54,376 nucleotides of DNA from Candidatus Gastranaerophilaceae bacterium (GTDB taxonomy: Bacteria > Cyanobacteriota > Vampirovibrionia > Gastranaerophilales > Gastranaerophilaceae), in contig JAZLBN010000024.1 in the NCBI GenBank assembly GCA_045613725.1, forward strand, positions 1 to 54,376, in the 5' to 3' direction. Position numbers and translations under genes: made by a program. Of this stretch, positions 1 through 9,172 are shown piece after piece. The notes under the pieces were generated by a model. The model saw only the letters and a list, made by a program, of their open reading frames with translations, was not told the origin of the DNA and did not search any database. Every line of letters starts with the position of its first letter. Positions within the stretch are counted from its first letter, which is position 1.

Positions 1-1
1 A

Positions 2-1237
2 CTAGGAGCTGCGTTGGAAATAGGTAGTGCGGCTATCCCCGGAGTTGCCGGAACAAAAATGGCATCAAAAATTGCACCAAAAGTTATACAAAAAACAATT
101 GGTAGAAAACTGGTAAATGATACTTTATCCGGAGCTATAAATAGTGGTCTTAGTGGCGGTGTTTATGGATTTGGTGAAGGTTTAGCGGAAAACAAAAATC
201 CATTTATCAATTCAGCACAAAAAGCCACAGAAGGACTAATTGCCGGAGGATTGACTTCTCATATGATTGGTAATATCAATAAAACATCTTTAGGTAACAA
301 ATTGCAGACTTATGGTAATATTGATAATTTAAGTGACAACGTAAGAAAGAGTTATAATCAAGATACAAGAAAGTATTATCAAGATTACATTCAATCTAGG
401 GCAATTAATCGAGATGGAAATATAGATTTTACAAGAGCAGGTGTTCAGGAAACTCTTCGTTGGAATCCACATCAAGGGCATAATTTTCCCTATTTAATTG
501 ACGATATAAAAAAAGCTAAAAGATTACCTAATGAACCCAATTTAAAACCAAATCAAAAACCTGATGTTAATCATTATGAAGTTTATAGAGGTAAGTTAGG
601 TGATCATTATGTTGAAAATCTAAATTTTGGTCAACGTCGTTATTATATAACAAAAGACACTCCCGATACCTCGTTCCCGACTACAAGTCGGGGTGCTATC
701 GAGAGTGCTAATAATATTATACCGAATTCTATATCCGATTTCAACCCAGCCAAGTGGGTGAATTCTCAAACATCAGCATTAGGCCAAGCAATAAATAATA
801 ATATTCAGAATAATATCCCGAATTTTGATTCAAATACAGTAATAACATCAAGAGGCAAAAGTCAACAAATACCAAAATATGACAAAATTTTTACTCCGGA
901 AGAAATTGGGAGAATGAAACCTGATGAGTATTCTAAAAACGAAAAAGTAATTAATGAGCAAATAAAACAAGGTTTAATAGCTCCGGTAACATTTAGAAAA
1001 CAAAATTATACAGGTTACAAAAATCCTGTATCAGGAGATAATAAAATTTTCACTCAAGAAGAAATCGGAAATCTTACTAAAGAAGAATTTAATAAACAAG
1101 AAAAAGAGATTCAAGGACAATGGGGTAGTATAGGAATTCCATCAGAATCAGAACTTCATACTTCGGGTGCGATTTATGTAGAACCATATACTCGAAGTGA
1201 TGGTGTCAAAGTTAAAGGTCATTACCGTTCAAGATAA
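2..1237 (+). CDS. 5'-truncated hypothetical protein (C-terminal ~410 aa of a larger, possibly phage/polyvalent-protein-like protein)
   Basis: The reading frame is open to the window edge (codons at 2-13 are in frame and the track's TTG at 14 is arbitrary). It has an Asn/Gln/Lys-rich composition. There is an internal duplication ~53 aa apart: KIFTPEEIGRMKPDEYSKNEKVINEQIKQG vs KIFTQEEIGNLTKEEFNKQEKEIQGQWG. The C-terminal motif is YVEPYTRSDGVKVKGHYRSR. I recognise no catalytic motif. Confidence 0.5.
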   Translation, partial: LGAALEIGSAAIPGVAGTKMASKIAPKVIQKTIGRKLVNDTLSGAINSGLSGGVYGFGEGLAENKNPFINSAQKATEGLIAGGLTSHMIGNINKTSLGNKLQTYGNIDNLSDNVRKSYNQDTRKYYQDYIQSRAINRDGNIDFTRAGVQETLRWNPHQGHNFPYLIDDIKKAKRLPNEPNLKPNQKPDVNHYEVYRGKLGDHYVENLNFGQRRYYITKDTPDTSFPTTSRGAIESANNIIPNSISDFNPAKWVNSQTSALGQAINNNIQNNIPNFDSNTVITSRGKSQQIPKYDKIFTPEEIGRMKPDEYSKNEKVINEQIKQGLIAPVTFRKQNYTGYKNPVSGDNKIFTQEEIGNLTKEEFNKQEKEIQGQWGSIGIPSESELHTSGAIYVEPYTRSDGVKVKGHYRSR

Positions 1238-1336
1238 ATTTACTGGGGTAGGTTTACTTCTATCCTTTTTATTTGCTTGCTTTTTTTTTATCAAGGTAAT
1301 ATAATTACTCTTGTAATATAGAGGAAAAATAACAGG

Positions 1337-2683
1337 ATGAGTGAGTCGAATCTGGGAATTATAATATCTAATTGGTTAATAGTTTTTATACTATTATTAG
1401 TTAATGGATTTTTTGTAGCAGCAGAGTTTGCAATTGTTAAGGCCAGAAGAACAAAGATAGAGCAACTTACTAAAGATGGTAATGTTGATGCGAAATTAGC
1501 GTTAAAAGCGCTTGAGGATATGAATTATTTTATTGCTGCCGTTCAATTGGGTATTACCATCGCAAGTATTGGTATTGGTTGGTTCGGTTCTCCTACTGTA
1601 GAAAAAATGTTGGCTCCAGCTTTAGCATATTTACCTGCTGGTTATGGTTATTTAGCTCAAATAATTACAGCGGTCGTTGCATTTTTAACAGTAACTTTGT
1701 TGCACGTTGTTATTGGTGAACAAGTTCCAAAATGTGTGGCTCTTCAGTATCCTGAAAAAATTTCATTATATGTTGCTAAACCTATGGATTTGTTTATGAC
1801 AATTGCAAAACCGTTTGTTTGGTTATTGAATATGTCTTGTAATTTGATTTTGAAAATATTAAAAGTTCCTACAAGTTCTGCAAGAGTTGTTCATACATTA
1901 GAAGATTTGGATTTAATGGTAGATGCAAGTTTTGATGAAGGTGTTTTGAATGAAACTGAAAAAGATATGATTCATAACGTATTTCAATTCTCTGATTTGA
2001 CAGCAAGAGAAGTTATGATTCCTAGAACAGATATGATTTGTGTGCCAAGTGATATGTCTTTTGAAGATTTAAACAAGTTAGCTGCTGAGAATCAATATAC
2101 AAGATATCCAGTCTATGAGGGTGATATAGATCATATTACAGGGTTAATACACGTTAAGGATTTATATTCTTTATCATTAAAAGATGAAGTTCGTTCAGTT
2201 GTTGAGCTTCAACGTAATATTATGTTAGTACCAGAAACAATGACAATGGATAATTTGGTTAGAGAATTCAAGAAAAATAAAAGCCAAATGGCAATTGTTG
2301 TTGATGAGTTTGGCGGAACCTCAGGTATTATTACATTAGAAGATGTTATGGAAGAAATCTTTGGTGATGTTCAAGATGAATTTGATGAAGAAGTTGAAAT
2401 TGATATAACTGAGATTAAGCCAAATCATTACCTTGCAAATGGTATGATGCGTCTTGATGAATTAGCAAATTATTTTGATGTACCTGATGAAAAACTTGAA
2501 GATGAAGATGTTGATACCATTGCAGGCTTAGTTGTAAAAGAACTTGGACGTTTGGCTCAGCTAGAAGATATGGTTAAGTATCACGAATTTACTTTTACAG
2601 TAAAAGAAGTTGATGGAGCTAGAATTACTAAATTATTGATTGTTAGAGAAGAAGAACAATTAGAAGAAGTAAGTGCTGAATAA
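1337..2683 (+). CDS. CNNM/CorC-HlyC family membrane protein (DUF21 + CBS pair + CorC_HlyC; 'hemolysin family protein')
   Basis: N-terminal multi-TM DUF21-like region (FFVAAEFAIVKARRTKIEQL). CBS-pair region (LTAREVMIPRTDM..., ITGLIHVKDL, MAIVVDEFGGTSGIITLEDVMEEIFGDV). C-terminal transporter-associated domain (FTFTVKEVDGARITKLLI). Confidence 0.88.
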   Translation: MSESNLGIIISNWLIVFILLLVNGFFVAAEFAIVKARRTKIEQLTKDGNVDAKLALKALEDMNYFIAAVQLGITIASIGIGWFGSPTVEKMLAPALAYLPAGYGYLAQIITAVVAFLTVTLLHVVIGEQVPKCVALQYPEKISLYVAKPMDLFMTIAKPFVWLLNMSCNLILKILKVPTSSARVVHTLEDLDLMVDASFDEGVLNETEKDMIHNVFQFSDLTAREVMIPRTDMICVPSDMSFEDLNKLAAENQYTRYPVYEGDIDHITGLIHVKDLYSLSLKDEVRSVVELQRNIMLVPETMTMDNLVREFKKNKSQMAIVVDEFGGTSGIITLEDVMEEIFGDVQDEFDEEVEIDITEIKPNHYLANGMMRLDELANYFDVPDEKLEDEDVDTIAGLVVKELGRLAQLEDMVKYHEFTFTVKEVDGARITKLLIVREEEQLEEVSAE

Positions 2684-2736
2684 TTTTCATATATTTGTCG
2701 GGTTTACTTTTTTAGCTAAATCATTATGATATAAGT

Positions 2737-3333
2737 ATGATTAGATATATTTTGAGTTCGATAATTGTATTGTTGCTAAGTTGTATCGGTAGTTGTTCGT
2801 TTGCTAGCGATATTGATATGCCTGCGAGTGGTGATTTGTGGGATAATTATGGTGCTAGTCAGGACTTCTATGGTCAAGATAAAAAAGGTGTATCAGATGC
2901 AGAATTTGATAAAGCTATAGAACAGGTTAAAGATAAACAAAATCGTGGATTTTTCGGACGTAAAAAAAAGAACAAAAATATACCTAAAGGTGAAGAATTT
3001 AGTCAAAGTAACGAGTCTGAAGTTTTAGAAGTTCATTCAGAAAAAGAAGTGTTTCCAGTTGTGAGTTTGCCTGTGGAGATTATTGTTGGTGATGGTATTT
3101 TACCTGTTGGACATTACCAAATTCAAGGAGAGCGACGAGGTGAGGATGTAATTTTAAAATTCTATCAGGCTCATAACTTGTGGGCAGAATTCCCTGCGAT
3201 AGAAACAACTGATGATTATGAAGAAGAAACTATAACTTTTGCAAGGTGGATTCCTGATGGAGAAAATTCTCTAAAAATAATTTATGGATCTCTGGATTTT
3301 AATGCCTATACGATAGTAAAAATTAAACAATAA
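2737..3333 (+). CDS. hypothetical secreted protein
   Basis: N-terminal signal peptide (MIRYILSSIIVLLLSCIGSCSFA), a basic KKKNKN patch and no recognisable domain. There is no SD; see the leaderless finding. Confidence 0.55.
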   Translation: MIRYILSSIIVLLLSCIGSCSFASDIDMPASGDLWDNYGASQDFYGQDKKGVSDAEFDKAIEQVKDKQNRGFFGRKKKNKNIPKGEEFSQSNESEVLEVHSEKEVFPVVSLPVEIIVGDGILPVGHYQIQGERRGEDVILKFYQAHNLWAEFPAIETTDDYEEETITFARWIPDGENSLKIIYGSLDFNAYTIVKIKQ

Positions 3334-3373
3334 ATAAAATGTAACGAATTGTTAACGCAATCCTTAAAAATAT

Positions 3374-3400
3374 TAAAGATTTCAATAAAAATGCCGTATA
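3374..3400 (+). promoter_or_regulatory. sigma-28 (FliA/SigD)-type promoter candidate
   Basis: TAAAGATT-N11-GCCGTATA compared with the consensus TAAAGTTT-N11-GCCGATAA: -35 is 7/8, the GCCG core is present, and TAAA-N15-GCCG spacing is exact. It ends ~48 nt upstream of ATG 3448. Confidence 0.45.
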
Positions 3401-3447
3401 CATGATTGAGCGCATAGTAATAACATGTTGAAAGGATTACGAAAACA

Positions 3448-5538
3448 ATGGGATTGGCAGCTTCACAAGCTAGATTTTTAGGAATAACAGCAAGAAAGGC
3501 TGACTGTGAATACAGATCAACCGAGCTTGCTCAAGAGAAGCTTGATATCACAAAACAAATAGGTGATATTTCTAATCAGTATGCGCAAGCGTTGAATGCG
3601 ACCAAATTGATGTGGTCACATGATGGGTTAGCAAATGATTTTGGGTTAAGTTATAGTTTGTTGATGTTACCGTCAGCTACTAATAATTACAACCCTTATA
3701 TGGTAACATCTCCATCAGGAGCAATTATTTTGAATAGTGAGTATGCTGCAGCCGCTAAAGCTGCTGGTATATCAAAAGCTGGTGGTGTTGGTTCTCAAGA
3801 TTCAAGAGATAAGTTTATTGCAGCTTTGGGTTATCAAGGTTTATTAACTGATGAAACTTCACGAGCTATAACTCAGTTTGATTATTCTGTAAATGACGTA
3901 GAATCTAAGGCTCAAGGTAAAATTGTATTTAATGAAACTTATGAAACTGGTGCAGATCAAGTTTCTTGGAATCCTTTAGCTGGTATGGGTGGTGAGCCTA
4001 TGGTTAAAGGTGGTACTGCTGAGATTATGACAATTACGGATCTTAGTTTAAGTTCTATTGGTCAAGCAAAGATTGATTGGATCAAGTCTATCTGTGAGGC
4101 TGGAGAAGTTTCAAAGATGGAAAAAGAGGCTGAAGAAGCAAGATATGATGAATTAATAAAAAATGCAAAATCTGGGTCTATAAATAATGATGTTATTTCC
4201 CAGTTACAACGTGATTTGAATAAATGCATTGAAAATGAACCTGATAATCTTAAAGAACAAGAAAGATTAGAAAATTTAATAGAGCAAGCTAAATGTTATT
4301 ATAATGATATTAACGGAGTTAATTTAGTTTATAAAGATGGTAAACAATTAACAGATACAAATGGTAAGTTGTTGACAAAATCAGATGCACTTGAAAATAT
4401 TTCAAACCAGCTTCTTGCTGACAAAACTGACTATAGTGCAACTGTTACAGAAAAGAAGCTTACAGAGGCGATTGAGACAACATCTAAAACAATAGGTGCT
4501 AAACTCTCAGTGGTTAATGGTGGCATTGTTGTTACAGATCAAGATGAGCTAGAAGATATGACAATTAGTGATGTCTTAAATAGAGATATTGTATTGATTT
4601 CAGATCAGGAAAATGAAGACTTTAGAAAAGAAGTATTAAACTTGTTTACTTCAATGCTTAAAAGTTTTGGATATTCCGGTACCGATAATTTATATGGTCA
4701 AGGTCTGTATGTAGATGATGTAGCAAACGAAGCTATGGATTTTGCTTATAAAATGATCGAAGATACTTATTTGAGAGTTGGCAGCAGTGTTAATATCGGA
4801 GTTAATACTAGTGGTTCAATGCAAGAGAATGCCGCGCATAAAGGTGCTATTGGTTACAATAGAATTGCAATTGGTAACAATTTAAAATTTAATTTTTCAA
4901 CTGGTAAGATTGAATCTGCTAAGCTTGTTGAAAATCCTGGGTTTAATGTTGAAAAACAAGGCCACGTTGCAGTCAGTTTGACTAACATGTTAAAATCATT
5001 CTTGACGTATTATGATAATTACCTAAATGGTGCAGATTCTCAATATGTTGTTGGTAATAGTGTTGAGACTTCAGTTTATGTAACTGATGATCCAAACTAT
5101 TCATATATAGTTCAGGATAATACTAATGTTGTTTCAGAAAATGACGAAAAATTAGCAGATTTCTTTGATCAATTGTATAACAATATTTTAGAACATGGCT
5201 GGAGAGAAGATGCGGCAATCGAAGATTCTGAGTATCTTGAAGCAACACTTAAAGATGGTCGTTATTCTATGAAATCTTTGAATGAAGATGGATATTATTA
5301 TCAATCAAGATATAATGAAACTGGTTATATTGTTGAGGTTTCTGATACAGATGCAATAGAACGAGCAGAGGCTGAATTTAGCTCTAAAAAGGCAGAATTA
5401 ACATATAAAGAAGATGCGATAGATTTAAAAACTAAAAAGGTTGATGCAGAACTTTCTGCTTTAACAACAGAATATGATACAGTAAAAAATCTGATATCAA
5501 AAACTATTGAAAAAACATTCGCAATGTTCCAAAATTAA
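3448..5538 (+). CDS. hypothetical 696-aa protein with helical N/C termini and a large variable central region (flagellar axial-protein-like layout; family not recognised)
   Basis: Long ORF with AAAGGA upstream. No signal peptide or TM segment. N-terminus MGLAASQARFLGITARKADCEYRSTELAQEKLDITKQIGDISNQYAQALNA. C-terminus ...KKVDAELSALTTEYDTVKNLISKTIEKTFAMFQN. The central region is Gly/Asn/Ser/Thr/Asp-rich. Confidence 0.8.
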   Translation: MGLAASQARFLGITARKADCEYRSTELAQEKLDITKQIGDISNQYAQALNATKLMWSHDGLANDFGLSYSLLMLPSATNNYNPYMVTSPSGAIILNSEYAAAAKAAGISKAGGVGSQDSRDKFIAALGYQGLLTDETSRAITQFDYSVNDVESKAQGKIVFNETYETGADQVSWNPLAGMGGEPMVKGGTAEIMTITDLSLSSIGQAKIDWIKSICEAGEVSKMEKEAEEARYDELIKNAKSGSINNDVISQLQRDLNKCIENEPDNLKEQERLENLIEQAKCYYNDINGVNLVYKDGKQLTDTNGKLLTKSDALENISNQLLADKTDYSATVTEKKLTEAIETTSKTIGAKLSVVNGGIVVTDQDELEDMTISDVLNRDIVLISDQENEDFRKEVLNLFTSMLKSFGYSGTDNLYGQGLYVDDVANEAMDFAYKMIEDTYLRVGSSVNIGVNTSGSMQENAAHKGAIGYNRIAIGNNLKFNFSTGKIESAKLVENPGFNVEKQGHVAVSLTNMLKSFLTYYDNYLNGADSQYVVGNSVETSVYVTDDPNYSYIVQDNTNVVSENDEKLADFFDQLYNNILEHGWREDAAIEDSEYLEATLKDGRYSMKSLNEDGYYYQSRYNETGYIVEVSDTDAIERAEAEFSSKKAELTYKEDAIDLKTKKVDAELSALTTEYDTVKNLISKTIEKTFAMFQN

Positions 5539-5604
5539 AAATTTGAATAAATAGATTTGATGAACCTTTTATACGAGGGTAATCCGGAGGTCGGAGAGTG
5601 TGCT

Positions 5605-6843
5605 CTACTGACCTTTTGTGTATTTGCGATTTATTAATTCATCAGGTAAAAACTGTTGTTCAACTTCAGGTGCTTCATGAGAATATATATATCCTGTTCC
5701 AAACCCATACTTTGAAGCATCTTTATAGTGAGCATCTCTAAGGTGCATAGGTGGTGGAAAGTCTTTACCGTTTGCTATGTCTGATATTGCACTGTCAATT
5801 GCGCAAATTGCTTCATTTGATTTTGGCGCACGTGCAACATATATAACAGCTTGTGCAAGAGGGATTCTTCCTTCTGGAAGTCCCAATAGTTCAACCGCTT
5901 TATATGCATTTAGTGCAATGTTTAATGCGTTAGGGTCAGCATTACCAACGTCTTCAGAAGCACAAGTGATAAGTCTTCTCGCGATAAATCTTGGGTCTTC
6001 TCCTGCGGCTATCATTTTAGCTAAATAATATATTGCAGCATCAGGGTCACTTCCTCTTAAACTTTTTTGGAATGCTGAAGCGCAATCATAATGCTCTTGA
6101 CGAGAATATCGAGTGTTTCGTTGTTGGCAAATTTCTTCGATTGTTTTTACTGTTAATAATCTTTTATTATCTTTTAAATCGCTTGCAAAGTATGCATTTT
6201 CTGTAATATTAAGAGCATATCTTGCATCTCCTCTTGCTAGATTTATAATAAAATCTAAAACTCCGCTTTCACATTCCATAGGAGTGTATGTGTTTGCCAA
6301 ATATGAAAACCCTTTTTTAATAATAGATGCCATGCTTTCATCATCTATCGAGTTTAGTCTGATAACTTGTAATCTTGAAAGAAGAGCCGGAACAACTTGG
6401 AAGGAAGGATTTTCTGTAGTTGAGCCGATTAAAAATAATGTGCCATTTTCTAGATGTGGTAAAAGAGCATCTTGTTGAGTTTTTGAATATCTGTGGATTT
6501 CATCTATAAAAAGAATTGTTTTTTGACCCGCTCTTAAATTTTCTTTAGCCTTATCAACTGCTTCTTTTATATCTTTAACTCCAGATGTAACCGCAGAAAT
6601 TTCAATGAATGCAGCATTTGTTTTTGTTGCAATTAATCTTGCTAATGTTGTTTTTCCACACCCAGGTGTTCCCCATAGTATTAAAGAAAATAATCTATTT
6701 GTTTTTAGTAAATTCAATAATGGACTATGTGGTGAAATAACATTACTTTGACCTAAAAAATCTTCAAGAGTTTTTGGGCGCAAGGTTTCCGCTAGTGGAA
6801 TTTGTTTATTTTGTTTTTCAAGTTCCGTAAATAAATTGTTCAT
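5605..6843 (-). CDS. rarA: replication-associated recombination protein A (AAA+ ATPase RarA/MgsA)
   Basis: Walker A GTPGCGKTTLARLIA, Walker [10 protein letters not shown], sensor GSTTENPSF, and the MgsA C-terminal helical domain (HYDCASAFQKSLRGSDPDAAIYYLAKM, DPRFIARRL). Confidence 0.93.
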   Translation of the reverse strand: MNNLFTELEKQNKQIPLAETLRPKTLEDFLGQSNVISPHSPLLNLLKTNRLFSLILWGTPGCGKTTLARLIATKTNAAFIEISAVTSGVKDIKEAVDKAKENLRAGQKTILFIDEIHRYSKTQQDALLPHLENGTLFLIGSTTENPSFQVVPALLSRLQVIRLNSIDDESMASIIKKGFSYLANTYTPMECESGVLDFIINLARGDARYALNITENAYFASDLKDNKRLLTVKTIEEICQQRNTRYSRQEHYDCASAFQKSLRGSDPDAAIYYLAKMIAAGEDPRFIARRLITCASEDVGNADPNALNIALNAYKAVELLGLPEGRIPLAQAVIYVARAPKSNEAICAIDSAISDIANGKDFPPPMHLRDAHYKDASKYGFGTGYIYSHEAPEVEQQFLPDELINRKYTKGQ

Positions 6844-6894
6844 AGTATAATTATATCAGGGCTAGGGGTAAATGTAAAATAAGTTAGGATAATT

Positions 6895-8121
6895 ATGCGA
6901 AAACTTTTATATGTGATTCTTATTATAACTATATTTTTTATAACAGGTGTTTTTGTGATTTTTAGCAAGCCTACACAAAAGAAAGAAGATATTGTTTTTT
7001 GGACTTTGCAAATGTCTGATTTTGAACCTTATATCAATGGTGTGATTTCTGAGTATGAATCACTAAATCCTAATGTGAAGATAAAGTGGGTAGATGTACC
7101 TTTTTCAGAAGGTGAAAAAAGAACATTAGCTTCAGTTTTAAGTGACAATCCGCCGGATTTGGTTAACTTAAATCCTGATTTTTCGGCGACATTAGCTCAT
7201 AAGGGTGCTTTATATGAGATTCCTAATGCAAAATTAGAGCAATTTAATGAGGAAATAGTTAATTCTTTAAAATATAACGGGAAATTATATTCTATTCCTT
7301 GGTATACAACAAGTGCGATTACAATATACAATAAAGAATTATTGTCTAAAGCAGGAATTGAAGTTCCAAAATCTTTTTCTGACATAGAAAAAGTTGCAAG
7401 TGATGTTAAGTTAAAAACTGGCGCTTATGTTTTTCTTCCGAATATAACTGAAAATGATGTGATGCTAAAAATTCTTAATAAATATGGTGTTGCATCATCA
7501 ACTTTATTAAATTCTAAAAAATCAGTTGCGATTTTTGAAATGTTTAAACAATTGTATAAAAAAGGTCTGATTCCAAGTGAAACGGTGACTGTTACGTTTC
7601 AAGAATCCCTAGAAAAATATATGTCAGAAAAGGTATTGCTAATAACAGCAGGTGCAAATTTTTTAAATATGATAAGGGAGAATGCTCCGTCTATATATGA
7701 AAAAACGGATGTTTCATCTCAAATTGTTGGTGAGTTTGGTCAATATGATTTTTCGTTGATGAATTTTGTAATTCCGGTTCGAGCAAAGCATAAAGAGGAA
7801 GCCTTAGATTTTGCGTTGTTTTTAACAAATGATAAAAATCAATTAGAATTGGCAAAATTAACAAATGTAATTGCTGTTAATAAAGAAACTTTAAAAAATG
7901 AGTTTTATACAAAATATAATGAAAAAGATTTGGAGGCAAAAGCTCGGGTGATAAGTGCTAAACAGTTAAATAAGTTAGATCCTATTTATAAAACGAGTAA
8001 AGGTCAAAAGGATATTAATACTATAGTGAATACTGCAGTACAAGAAATTTTATTGGATAAAGATTCGCCTCAAGTTATTCTTGACAAAGCTGCAAAAACT
8101 TGGGTAAATATTGAAGAGTAA
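6895..8121 (+). CDS. ABC transporter extracellular solute-binding protein (family 1, sugar-type); no permease or ATPase genes adjacent
   Basis: N-terminal TM/signal anchor and typical SBP_bac_1 blocks (IVFWTLQMSDFEPY, DNPPDLVNLNPDF, YSIPWYTTSAITIYNKELLSKAGI). AGGA SD upstream. Confidence 0.75.
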   Translation: MRKLLYVILIITIFFITGVFVIFSKPTQKKEDIVFWTLQMSDFEPYINGVISEYESLNPNVKIKWVDVPFSEGEKRTLASVLSDNPPDLVNLNPDFSATLAHKGALYEIPNAKLEQFNEEIVNSLKYNGKLYSIPWYTTSAITIYNKELLSKAGIEVPKSFSDIEKVASDVKLKTGAYVFLPNITENDVMLKILNKYGVASSTLLNSKKSVAIFEMFKQLYKKGLIPSETVTVTFQESLEKYMSEKVLLITAGANFLNMIRENAPSIYEKTDVSSQIVGEFGQYDFSLMNFVIPVRAKHKEEALDFALFLTNDKNQLELAKLTNVIAVNKETLKNEFYTKYNEKDLEAKARVISAKQLNKLDPIYKTSKGQKDINTIVNTAVQEILLDKDSPQVILDKAAKTWVNIEE

Positions 8122-8132
8122 GGAGATATATA

Positions 8133-9098
8133 ATGAAAGCTGTTGTTTTTGATAATGAATTGAAATTAGTTAGTGATTATGCAAAACCTGTACCTAAAAA
8201 GGGTGAAGCGTTAGTAAAAGTTGCTTTAGCTGGTATTTGCAATACAGATTATGAGATTACTAAAGGTTATATGGGGTATGTTGGTGTTTTAGGCCATGAA
8301 GCTGTAGGTGTGGTTGAAGATGTTAATGATGAAGATAAGTCTTTGATTGGAAAACGAGTAGTTCCAGAAATTAGTTATGGCTGTAAAAAGTCTGATTGTC
8401 CTTGGTGTGCCGAAAAAATGTACCGTCATTGCCCAGAAAGACATACTTTGGGTATTGTTAATAAAGATGGCGTTTTTGCAGAGTATTTTACAATGCCTAT
8501 AGAAGTTTTGTTTGAAGTGCCTGAAAATGTTACAAATAGACAGGCTGTATTTGTTGAACCATTGGCAGCAGCTTTAGAGATTACCGAACAACATCATATA
8601 AAACCTTACGAAAAAGTGGTAGTTTTAGGTGATGGAAAGCTAGGTATAATTACTGCATTGGCTCTTAATGCTCAAAATTTGGATGTTACTCTTGTTGGTA
8701 AACATCAAAATAAACTAGATATAGCAAAATCTCAAGGTGTTAAAACTGCCTTGTTAAATGAGTTTCCAGTCGAGAAAAAATATGATGTTGTTGTAGAAGC
8801 AACAGGTTCTATTTCTGGATTTGAAACAGCTTTAGCTTTAACTAAACCACGTGGAGTTTTGGTATTAAAAAGTACAGTTGCAGCATCAAAAGAGTTTAAT
8901 CTTGCTCCGATAGTTATTGATGAAATCACAGTGTTAGGTTCTCGTTGCGGGCAATTCCCTGCTGCATTAAGAATGTTGGCATCAAATAAGGTTGATTTTT
9001 CATCGTTAATTTCCGGTGTTTATTCTGTAGATGATGCAATTACAGCATTTGAAAAAAATAAGGAAAAAGAAACACTAAAAGTATTGTTGCAGTTTTAA
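8133..9098 (+). CDS. zinc-dependent medium-chain alcohol/polyol dehydrogenase family protein
   Basis: Catalytic Zn ligands (GICNTDYE, GHEAVGVVEDV), structural Zn Cys cluster (CKKSDCPWCAEKMYRHC), Rossmann motif VVVLGDGKLG. Strong SD AAGGAG. Confidence 0.88.
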   Translation: MKAVVFDNELKLVSDYAKPVPKKGEALVKVALAGICNTDYEITKGYMGYVGVLGHEAVGVVEDVNDEDKSLIGKRVVPEISYGCKKSDCPWCAEKMYRHCPERHTLGIVNKDGVFAEYFTMPIEVLFEVPENVTNRQAVFVEPLAAALEITEQHHIKPYEKVVVLGDGKLGIITALALNAQNLDVTLVGKHQNKLDIAKSQGVKTALLNEFPVEKKYDVVVEATGSISGFETALALTKPRGVLVLKSTVAASKEFNLAPIVIDEITVLGSRCGQFPAALRMLASNKVDFSSLISGVYSVDDAITAFEKNKEKETLKVLLQF

Positions 9099-9172
9099 TT
9101 TGAGGTAGTTGTATTTATTACACTAGACTTTGATGTAAAAATACGCTATAATGAATGTATACTTGTAGACTA

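Noticed and set aside
5777-8929. Short ORFs antisense to or inside rarA, the SBP gene and the ADH gene (5777-6028, 6113-6478, 7197-7385, 8732-8929).
   Set aside because: They lie entirely within strongly supported genes on the opposite strand. They have no RBS, and their composition is low-complexity or hydrophobic, as expected from reverse-frame translation of AT-rich genes.
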